Origin: Macrostomum lignano
Lineage: Eukaryota
NCBI GenBank assembly: GCA_002269645.1
Contig: NIVC01000525.1
Coordinates: 511,539 to 575,538, forward strand
Reading direction: 5' to 3'
DNA: 64,000 nucleotides
Below, one piece after another: positions 49,112-59,743 of this stretch. The notes under the pieces were generated by a model. The model saw nothing but the letters and a program-made list of their open reading frames with translations, searched no databases and was not told the DNA's origin. The translations under genes and the position numbers were made by a program. Position 1 is the first letter of the stretch; every line of letters starts with the position of its first letter.

Positions 49112-52100
49112 ATGTCGGTACCGGAGTTCGGCCAGCAGCAGCAGACGACACGGGTTCGCCTGGTCCGGCCGGCCAAAGAGGCCGCCTGGGGCTTCCGGTT
49201 GGACCGAGGCTCCAGACACGCAGGCGGGTTCGCTGTGTCTCGGGTGAGGAAGCGAAATTTATTTGCTTCTCTGAGGGTTTGGCTTGCTTCCAGATGAAAT
49301 AGTTCTGATTGACGCTGTTCGATCTAGAGCTGATATGGTGGAGCTTACTTCCGGAGCTGAGATAGTGGAGCTTACTTCCGGAGCTGAGATAGTGGAGATT
49401 ACTTCCGGAGCTGAGATAGTGGAGCTTGCTTCCGGAGATGAAATGGTGGAGCTTACTTCTAGAGCTGAGATAGTGGAGCTTACTTCCGGAGCTGAGATAG
49501 TGGAGCTTACTTCTAGAGCTGAGATAGTGGAGCTTACTTCCGGAGCTGAGATAGTAGAGCTTGCTTCCGGAGATGAAATGGTGGAGCTTACTTCCGGAGC
49601 TGCGACTTTGGGAGCTGACTTCTGAGCTGAGACTGTGGGAGCTTACTTCCAGAGCTGAGACTGTGGGAGCTTACTTCTGAGCTGAGACTGTGGGAGCTTA
49701 CTTCCGGAGCTGAGACTGTGGGAGCTTACTTCTGAGCTGAGACTGTGGGAGCTTACTTCCGGAGCTGCGACTTTGGGAGCTTACTTCTGAGCTGAGACTG
49801 TGGGAGCTTACTTCCGGAGCTGAGACTGTGGGAGCTTACTTCTGAGCTGAGACTGTGGGAGCTTACTTCCGGAGCTGAGACTTTGGGAGCTTACTTCTGA
49901 GCTGAGACTGTGGGAGCTTACTTCCGGAGCTGAGACTTTGGGAGCTTACTTCTGAGCTGAGACTGTGGGAGCTTACTTCCGGAGCTGAGACTGTGGGAGC
50001 TTACTTCCGGAGCTGCGATGGCGGAGTTGAGATGCTGGGACCATTTGATAATGCACGCTATCACTTGTCCTCACTTGATTTCCCCAATCACTTGTCCAGG
50101 TGACCCCCGGCAGTCCCGCATCCAGCGTGCTGTTCAAAGGCGACTTGCTGGTGGAAGTGGACGGCACGAGCTGCGCCAAGCTGGCCTATGATCAGGCCGT
50201 CCAGATGATGCAACGGGCCGGTCAAATTGTTGACCTCGCCGTAGTGTCCGGGTGAGGCTGTGTGGAGTTCGAACCATGGACCTATTAACTATAGCAAAGA
50301 ATTAGTAAATAACAAAAATGAATAAAACGATTCGAAATATTTGCAGATCGACTCCGCTGGAACTGGTGACTTCTCCGCAGCATTTTCGAAACACGGTGAG
50401 AAGGCCTTAATTTGCTGATTTTTATTAGGCTGCGTCAGCGCCTCCCGACAGAGTGGGAGTGGTGACCCTCCACTACCACTGCCATCTGACTGCCACTATC
50501 TGACTGCCACTATCTGACTGCCACTATCTGACTGCCACTATCTGACTGCCATTTGACTGCCACCATCTGACTGCCACTATCTGACTGCCACTATCTGACT
50601 GCCACTATCTGACTGCCACTATCTGACTGCCATCTGACTGCCACCATCTGACTGCCACCATCTGACTGCCACTATCTGACTGCCACCATCTGACTGCCAC
50701 TATCTGACTGCCACTATCTGACTGCCACTATCTGACTGCCACTATCTGACTGCCATTTGACTGCCACCATCTGACTGCCACTATCTGACTGCCACTATCT
50801 GACTGCCACTATCTGACTGCCATCTGACTGCCACCATCTGACTGCCACTATCTGACTGCCACCATCTGACTGCCACTATCTGACTGCCACTATCTGACTG
50901 CCACTATCTGACTGCCATCTGACTGCCACTATCTGACTGCCACTATCTGACTGCCACTATCTGACTGCCATCTGACTGCCACCATCTGACTGACACTATC
51001 GGACTGCCAAGCCAAACCCTAACCCTAATCTCAACCTTTAGCCTAAGGCAGTCAAATTGTGGACCCTGGGCTGCGCTGCTGGCTGTCACACCCTAGGCAC
51101 CAAGTCAGTTATGATAATTTGCTAATGACAATCATGACACTGGATTTTCTTAGAAATGAGCTTGAGGCCGGTAAGGAACGCGTATAGAATATTTAGTTTC
51201 TTAGCAATTTTTTGAAAGCTGGATTTACAGCGGAAAGACACAATCAATTTTTTTTTCACTTTTTCAATCAACCAATGCTAGTGTTGGTCTTTAAATAATT
51301 GGTATTATATTAGATATTTGTAATGCTTCTTAATGAAATCCGTCGGTACAGAATGTGCACATTTCATTTTGGTGTTTGCACAATGTACAATAATTAGAGA
51401 CAGACATAAAATACTGTAATAGATTAGGATGAGCAAGGCTTAAATATACACTGGCGTAGCATGTGGGGGAAGGGCGACGGCCCTGGCGCTCCTGGTGCTG
51501 AAGCCCCTGGTGCTGAAGCCCCTGCTGGTGCTAAAGCCCCTGGCACCCCCTCCCCCAATAAAACTCCTGGCCGCCACGCTCCCGCGCTTATTCACGTAGA
51601 AGCCACCAATATAAAAATAATGCTGCATCATTGATTTCTTAGAAATTCCCGGCGTAGGATATGCACACAAAATATCTAACTTTATAACACCCTTTATGAG
51701 CAGGCCGTTCATCGGGAGTCTGCTACGCCAACCGTGCTAGACTACTAAAAGTAGCATGAAGGAATGTGAACTCTAAGGTTTCCAGATGCTCAGAAAAAAT
51801 GATAATATTGCATTGAGACTAGCAGAGATCTGAGAGAAACAGCAGATTCACACTGTGGAATTAAGAGGGAATTACACTGGAAGTAGGATTTACATCAAGT
51901 ACTACTTAGATTACAATTACAATATTACAATATTACAAGATTACTTAAATTACACTACAATAAGAAGTAGGACTTACATTAAGACAAGTCCTACTTGTAT
52001 CCCAGGTTTCCATGCACCGAAAGACTCCGTCCTTCAAATTAAGTAGTCCTCCATGAAACCCCCCCCCCTGCAGAGCTTCGGTGCCGAGAGCAACGCTTCG

Positions 52101-52301
52101 TCCACCACCTTCAGCGAGTGCTACGGCAGCCCGCACTCCAGCGCCATCAACCTGTTGCACACCAGCAACCCGCACCAGATGCGCGCCCAGTCAACTGCCC
52201 AGCCGGCATTCCGCCGAGTCTGCAGCTCCGAGGCCGGCAGTCCGACGCCCAGCTTTCAACGGCAGCAGCAGCTCCAGCAGCATCACACCATCGACCCGCA
52301 T

Positions 52302-52333
<32 letters not shown>

Positions 52334-55300
52334 GCAGTATTTCACTTTCAATGCTCGTCCCAGACGGATGTCAATCGGCTATCACAACTACGTGAAGCAG
52401 TTCCAGCAGCCGCAGCAGCAGTCGCTGGCCCATCAGCCTCGAGTTCATCAGCTTCAACAACTTGGCAACCGGCCACTGATTGCGTCTTGCAGTTTGAGGT
52501 TCTGTGGTTTGGATTTCAGGACATTTTCATTTGAGTTTTATTCAAGCTTTAAATGATGACTTCCTCTGAAAAATGTCCGCTCTCTGAAGACTTTCATCTC
52601 CGCTCTCTGAAGACTTTCATCTCCGCTCTCTGCAGACTTTCATCTCCGCTCTCTGCAGACTTTCATCTCCGCTCTCTGAAGACTTTCATCTCTACTCTCT
52701 GAAGACTTTCATTTCTACTCTCTGAAGACTTTCATTTCTACTCTCTGAAGACTTTCATTTCTACTCACTGAAGACTTTCATCTCTACTCTCTACAGACTC
52801 ATCTCCGCTCTCTGAAGACTTTCATCTCCGCTCTCTGAAGACTTTCATCTCCGCTCTCTGCAGACTTTCATCTCTACTCTCTACAGACTCATCTTCGCTC
52901 TCTGAAGACTTTCATCTCCGCTCTCTGAAGACTTTCATCTCCGCTCTCTGCAGACTTTCATCTCTACTCTCTGAAGACTTTCATCTCCGCTCTCTGAAGA
53001 CTTTCATCTCCGCTCTCTGAAGACTTTCATCTCCGCTCTCTGAAGACTTTCATCTCTACTCTCTGAAGACTTTCATCTCCGCTCTCTGAAGACTTTCATC
53101 TCCGCTCTCTGAAGACTTTCATCTCTACTCTCTGAAGACTTTCATCTCCGCTCTCTGAAGACTTTCATCTCCGCTCTCTGAAGACTTTCATCTCCGCTCT
53201 CTGAAGACTTTCATCTCCGCTCTCTGAAGACTTTCATCTCCGCTCTCTGAAGACTTTCATCTCCGCTCTCTGAAGACTTTCATCTCTACTCTCTGAAGAC
53301 TTTCATCTCTACTCTCTGAAGACTTTCATCTCCGCTCTCTGAAGACTTTCATCTCCGCTCTCTGAAGACTTTCATCTCTACTCTCTGAAGACTTTCATCT
53401 CTACTCTCTGCAGACTTTGATCTCATGTCAAAAACCAAGAAAGCGATTTATGTTTGAGACACTGTCCAGAAATTCCAGCCACTCAACCATCGGTCCCTCC
53501 TTCCCTAAAAGTCGGTAGTGTTGCTGTTAGCGGCAGCCAATCAGGTTAACTATCGAAGGGGCATTCTTGGGCGAATAGTTCGAGGCTGTATATACCGGTA
53601 CCTCTGGTCAAAAAGCTGCACTGGCATTCGAAATACCGGGCCTAAAACAGAAAAAGAGAGAGAGAGAGAGTTATGGTTGCTAGGAAGAAATCAATTTTTC
53701 TGCGACTGGCCAACGGGATGGAAGGAGAAGGGAAGACAGAGAAGGATGCGAATATGTGCGCGCAGCCCATGTTCGACTAGACTTCACTTTCTGTTGCATC
53801 CCGTGCTTCTTCGGTCTTCCTTGCCTTTCTCTCCTTTCTCTGTCTGTCTGCCACTTCCCAGTCCTCTCACACTAACGGGAATAACGCAAACACCCGCCAT
53901 CGGTTCTGCCTCTCCCCTTTTCTCTCCTCTCTCCTGTTCTCCCCCATTTCCGGATTTTATTTTGCAAAGTAAAAAGCGGACGTGGCGACAAAAATCTTCC
54001 ATATTTCTGGCATCGCTACGCGTCTTGGCAGGTCTTTGACATCGACAGCGGAGGACGAAGGAACAGTCATGGAATCCTTCATGGAAAGTATGCAGCAGTA
54101 CCCGGGGTACAGTCAGCAGCAACAGCTACAGCAGCAGCAGCAGCAGCAACGGCAACAGCAACAACAGCCTCCATCAGGCCTTGCTTTCCCGGCTAGACAG
54201 GAGCGTAAAGTGTCCACTTCGTCGATCACGTTGAACTTCACCGGTCAGAGACCGCCTGCTGGACCTGCTGTAAGACAGCCGCTGCAGCACCCGCTGCAGC
54301 ACCCGCTGCAGCACCCGCTGCAGCACCCGCTGCAGCACCCGCAGCAGCACCCGCAGTCGCGCTCACTCGGCGGCAGTTTGCCGCGCCGATCCTCAAATCC
54401 GGCGCCGCCGCAGATGGCGCGACACCAGGGCCCATCTCCGTACGCGGCTCAGCCGCCGCAGCCGCCGCCGCCTCCGCCGCAGCCGCCGCAGCCACCGCAG
54501 CCACCGCAGGCCTATGGCGGCGGCGGCGCCAACTCGCTCCGCCTGCTGCAGTGGCTCAGCAGCAGCTCGGACAACATGATGGATCGAGACGTGCGAGACG
54601 AAGTTTGGCAAAAGCTGAGACAGCGTGAGTTGAGAAGATTATATCGAGTTACAGTAGTCATTTTCCACCCACCTTCATGCGTAAAATAATTTTTAAGAAC
54701 TTCAGAAATGTAAAAGATATTGTGAAAAATCTCGATCGGGTATCCATAGTCGCCTGGTGTCACTCGTTGAAGGAGTCGACGGCGTCGGGGTGATGACAGA
54801 ATTCTCAAGAGTCTAGCCTAGGATGTTCAGCAGTTGACGTTTGATCAGCGAAACTAAAGAAATTTGCTGAGGATAAAGTGGCACCCAGTCTTGAAATAAA
54901 GTGGCACAGTCTGAGGATAAAGTGGCACACAGTCTGAGGATAAAGTAGCACACAGGCTGAGGATAAAGTAGCACACAGGCTGAGGATAAAGTGGCACACA
55001 GGCTGAGGATAAAGTGGCCACACAGTCTAAGGATAAAGTAGCACACAGTTTGAGGATAAAGTGGCACACAGTCTGAGGATAAAGTAGCACACAGGCTGAG
55101 GATAAAGTGGCACACAGGCTGAGGATAAAGTGGCCACACAGTCTAAGGATAAAGTGGCACACAGTCTTGGGATAAAGTGGCACACAGTCCGAGGATAAAG
55201 TTGCACCCAGTCTTGAAATAAAGTGGCACAGTCTGAGGATAAGGTGGCACACAGTCTGAGGATGAAGTGGCACACAGTGGCAATTAGAAGCTACAGAAAA

Positions 55301-57766
55301 GCTGAAACGCCATCCCGGATGTTCCTCATATTCCAGCAGCTTCTCCGCAGCGCCAGCTCAGCCACTCAGCCAGCAGCAGCACTCATCAGGGCCTGGTGGT
55401 TCCCCAGCCGCAGCCGATGTACCAGCGCTTCAGCAGCGGTGGCGGCAGCGGAGGCGCCGGACAGCCTCTGCGCGCCTCGGCCAGCACAAGCGACATCGCC
55501 GCCGGAGTTGGCGGAGCCGGCGGCGACACCCAGTCGGAGGCCGGGGACGATTATTTCCGCAGGCGGCTGCAGCAGAACCTGCAGCAGCAACAGCAGCAGC
55601 CGGGGGGCCTCGGCAGGCCGGCCCCCGTTCGAGCTGCCTTCAATCCGGCCCTGCGGGTGCCCCGATCGAGAGCCAGACGGGAGCAGCTGCTGCAGCAGCG
55701 GCCGCCCGACCAGATGGAGGCCATCCGGGCCACCATTCGGGCCAACCAGCAGCAGCTGCAACAGCAGCAACAGGCGGCTGCGATGGAGAAGGCCGAACCC
55801 AGTGAGCACTATTCTTATCCCTGCTTCATCTGCCTGCTCCTCTTTCATCTCTCTATCCTTTTTTTCCCTGTCGCTTTCCTCCTCTACCTGTCTCCCTCTA
55901 CCTGTCTCCCTCTACCTGTCTCCCTCTACCTGTCTCCCTCTACCTGTCTCCCTCTACCTGTCTCCCTCTACCTGTCTCCCTCTACCTGTCTCCCTCTACC
56001 TGTCTCCCTCTACCTGTCTCCCTCTACCTGTCTCCCTTTACCTGTCTCCCTCTACCTGTCTCCCTCTACCTGTCTCCCTCTACCTGTCTCCCTCTACCTG
56101 TCTCCCTTTCTCCACTTGTCTCTTTTCTTTCTCTACCTGTCTCTCTTCTCCCTCCACCTGTCTCTCTCTCCTCTCTCTACCTGTCTCTCTCCTCTCTCCA
56201 CCTGTATCTCTCTCTCCTCTCTCTACCTGTCTCTCTCCTCTCTCCACCTGTCTCTCTCTCCTCTCTCTACTTGTCTCTCTCCTCTCTCCACCTGTATCTC
56301 TCTCTCCTCTCTCTACCTGTCTCTCTCCTCTCTCTACCTGTCTCTCTCCTCTCTCTACTTGTCTCTCTCCTCTCTCCACCTGTATCTCTCTCTCCTCTCT
56401 CTACCTGTCTCTCTCCTCTCTCCACCTGTCTCTCTCTCCTCTCTCTACTTGTCTCTCTCCTCTCTCCACCTGTATCTCTCTCTCCTCTCTCTACCTGTCC
56501 CTCTCCTCTCTCCACCTGTCTCTCTCTCCTCTCTCTACTTGTCTCTCTCCTCTCTCCACCTGTATCTCTCTCTCCTCTCTCTACGTGTCTCTCCTCTCTC
56601 TCTACCTGTCTCTCCTCTCTCTCTACCTGTCTCTCCTCTCTCTACGTGTCTCTCCTCTCTCTACCTGTCTCTCCTCTCTCTACGTGTCTCTCCTTTCTCT
56701 ACCTGTCTCTCCTCTCTCTACGTGTCTCTCCTCTCTCTACCTGTCTCTCCTCTCTCTACCTGTCTCTCCTCTCTCTACTTGTTTCTCTCCTCTCTCCACA
56801 TGTATCTCTCTCTCCTCTCTCTACCTGTCTCTCTCCTCTCTCTACCTGTCTCTCTCCTCTCTCTACTTGTCTCTCTCTTCTCTCCACCTGTATCTCTCTC
56901 TCCTCTCTCTACGTGTCTCTCCTCTCTCTACCTGTCTCTCCTCTCTCTACGTGTCTCTCCTCTCTCTACCTGTCTCTCCTCTCTCTACGTGTCTCTCCTC
57001 TCTCTACCTGTCTCTCCTCTCTCTACCTGTCTCTCCTCTCTCTACCTGTCTCTCCTCTCTCTACCTGTCTCTCCTCTCTCTACGTGTCTCTCCTCTCTCT
57101 ACCTGTCTCTCCTCTCTCTACCTGTATCTCCTCTCTCTACCTGTCTCTCCTCTCTCTACCTGTCTCTCCTCTCTCTACCTGTCTCTCCTCTCTCCTCTCT
57201 CTACCTTTCTCTCCTCTCTCTACCTGTCTCTCCTCTCTCTACGTGTCTCTCCTCTCTCCACCTGTATCTCTCTCTCCTCTCTCTACCTGTCTCTCTCCTC
57301 TCTCTACCTGTCTCTCTCCTCTCTCTACTTGTCTCTCTCCTCTCTCCACCTGTATCTCTCTCTCCTCTCTCTACCTGTCTCTCTCCTCTCTCTACCTGTC
57401 TCTCCTCTCTCTGACATGTCTCTTTCCTCTGCGAGTGTTTTCTATTAAATCAATCCTCTTTGTCTCACCTACCCGCTCGATCGCTTCTCTTCCCCTCCAA
57501 ACGCCAGCTGCTGCCTGCAATGCCACGCACCCCCGGCAATTCCAGACGAGCTGTCGCACAACCCGCGCTTCCAGCAGCTCCGCGAGCAGCTCCAGTCGCA
57601 GCCGTCAGTTGAAGACAACGGCGGCGGCGACGGCCTGGCGGTGGCCCGCGAGGACAACACGGACTCCGCCAAGCGCATTGACGAACTTCGCCGAATCCAA
57701 CTGGGAGCGCCCGCGGGTGTCGGCGACAGTCAGCAGCGCCAGCAGCGGGCAGCCAGCGAGTTCTGA
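49112..57766 (+). CDS. N-terminal PDZ-domain, Gln/Pro-rich protein; exons 49112-49243, 50100-50251, 50347-50395, ~52047-52498, 54032-54624, 55337-55801, 57546-57766
   Basis: RVRLVRPAKEAAWGFRL...FAVSR|VTPGSPA...FKGDLLVEVDG...YDQAVQMMQRAG is a complete PDZ domain of the WGFRL (PDLIM-like) type. The GT-AG chain is phase-compatible; exon 4 boundaries and the last acceptor are less certain. Confidence 0.7.
49330..50010. repeat. 27-28-bp minisatellite (GGAGCTTACTTCCGGAGCTGAGATAGT / ...GACTGT), PDZ gene intron 1
   Basis: Two sub-arrays share the GAGCTTACTTC core. Confidence 0.95.
50475..51010. repeat. 14-bp minisatellite (CCACTATCTGACTG), PDZ gene intron 3
   Basis: Direct units with 11-bp variants. 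Confidence 0.95.
52568..53420. repeat. 23-bp minisatellite (ACTTTCATCTCCGCTCTCTGAAG), PDZ gene intron 4
   Basis: About 37 direct units. Confidence 0.95.
54866..55278. repeat. ~23-bp minisatellite (GAGGATAAAGTGGCACACAGTCT), PDZ gene intron 5
   Basis: Direct units; same family as 58600-59065. Confidence 0.9.
55878..57425. repeat. 1.5-kb CT-rich minisatellite (TCTCCCTCTACCTG and derivatives), PDZ gene intron 6
   Basis: Polypyrimidine tandem units. They explain the long Leu/Ser/Pro ORFs. Confidence 0.95.
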
Positions 57767-58599
57767 TCAGCCAAGGACACCTGGAAATAGCGAGGCCGAT
57801 TGGTTTTACTCTGCAAAATGCATTGGATAGATAACATTTTTCCTGCCTTTTTTAGGCAAGGCAAGCTTCCAACAATTCATTTATTACGTTAGATATAATA
57901 TTAATAACAGTAAATAGATGCCCTGGCGCAACGCCTTCAGCGACGCTCACACAGGTGTACAACGGCGCCTTCGTGTGTGTGAGTAGCACGACAACGCCCA
58001 TTCGAAATTGGGGAGAGAGGTCAACATGTACTCTACTCAATAAATCAAAAACACTTTGAGAATGCGATGAATTTGCCCCATCCTTGTTAATGCGTTAATC
58101 GCGGCCTTCAAAGTATCGTGTTTTTTATCGCTTCTCATTTTGTAGAATATAGTACAGCGCTACTATTTAACTACTCGAGTACTTCAATAGTAGTATGATG
58201 CAAATCCATCGCTGAATTTTTAACAGTATTCATAATGCATCTGCTTCATTGCCTTAAAATTAATTGCTGTGTTAGTTAGTTCACAGCTTCTGTAGTTGAC
58301 TAAAGTTAGCAAAATTTAGAATTTACTTACTGCATGTTAGTTTGCGAATAATGCTTTTGTTTGACGAGCTATTGAAATCTGCGAATTATGAAAAGAAAAA
58401 AATTGAAAATTACTTGTCTAACATTTTGTGGGTAACACACTGATTTGGCTTGTGCTAAGCTTTTCTGCCTTAAATATATTATATATTCAGCATTCGCACA
58501 TCATTCTTCTGGAATAATGTTACCGTTTTGTTCATCACTAGTATAATACGACAGTATTGTCCCTGTCCTGTTATAAGTTTATATAACACCCTAATCTGA

Positions 58600-59065
58600 G
58601 GACAAAGTGGCATAGTCTCGGGATAAATCGGCATAGTTTTGGGATAAAGTGGCGAATTCATTGGAAAATGGGAGTCTTGGGATAAAGTGGCTCACAGTCT
58701 TGGGATAAAGTGTCACACAGTCTTGGGATAAAGTGGCAAACAGTCTTGGGATAAAGTGGCTCACAATCTTGGGATAAAGTGGCTCACAATCTTGGGATAA
58801 AGTGGCTCACAATCTTGGGATAAAGTGGCTCACAGTCTTGGGATAAAGTGGCTCACAGTCTTGGGATAAAGTGGCTCACAGTCTTGGGATAAAGTGGCTC
58901 ACAGTCTTGGGATGAAGTGGCACACAGTCTTGGGATAAAGTGGCTCACAGTCTTGGGATCAAGTGGCTCACAGTCTTGGGATAAAGTGGCTCACAGTCTT
59001 GGGATAAAGTGGCTCACAGTCTGAGGATAAAGTGGCACACAGTCTTGGGATAAAGTGGCACACAA
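58600..59065. repeat. 23-bp minisatellite (GGGATAAAGTGGCTCACAGTCTT)
   Basis: Direct units, intergenic. Confidence 0.92.
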
Positions 59066-59743
59066 TTTGATAATTAAGGTGGCGCGATATTAAATTAAAA
59101 ACGGACACATTTAGGTAATCGAATACTACAAGAACAACTTTGTAATTTCTACAAGAACTGAGTATGCAGTTCATTTGATCAGCAAAAGATGTAAAATTAA
59201 TATCCACGGGCAAGGGCTCGCCCGAGTGCTCAACCCTAATTCAACAGGGCTACACTGTGTCAGCCAGCCAGACAAAGATAATTGATTAGCTGCAGCATGA
59301 CTGTCAGACGGAAGGTGGAGGGGGGAGAGAAGGAATTTTAAGAGCCATTAAAATTCGCAACGGGCTTTGCAACCCCGTTTTTAACCATCATATTCAACTG
59401 AGGTGCTCAATTACTGGCTGATAACAATCGTGTTTTATAAATGACTGTTTCAACTGGATTAAGAGTGGGTGGTCCAACACGGCGCCTCTCATGTGCCAGC
59501 GGCCCAGGCTCGATTCCAAGTGCAGCCACATTAATTTATGTTTAAATCGGAATCTGGGCTTGACTCTGCTCGTGCAATTAGCGGCCTTGAGGGCCAACCC
59601 CCAAGGCGCAGTGAAGTGTACATGCCTAACGATAATAAAAGTTATGGCCGCTGTACACTCCTGTGTGAGTGTGTGCCTGTGCGTATGGCTGCGTACGTAT
59701 CTGCCGCTTGTGTGCCTGTGTCCGCGCTTGTGTGTACAGAGAT

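Noticed and set aside
49284-49625. AEIVELTSG repeat ORF
   Set aside because: It is the 27-bp portion of the intron 1 array; the neighbouring 27/28-bp portion breaks frame.
51014-51045. AACCCTAACCCTAATCTCAACC next to the 14-bp array as a telomere-healing scar
   Set aside because: Only about two perfect hexamers; too short to distinguish from chance or a TE remnant.
51449-51733. hAT-like MITE (CACTGGCGTAGC ... GCTACGCCAAC)
   Set aside because: The TIRs are imperfect and no 8-bp TSD was found.
55223-57830. 741-, 672- and 519-aa ORFs
   Set aside because: Most of their length is the stop-free CT array; only 55337-55801 and the 3' exon look coding.
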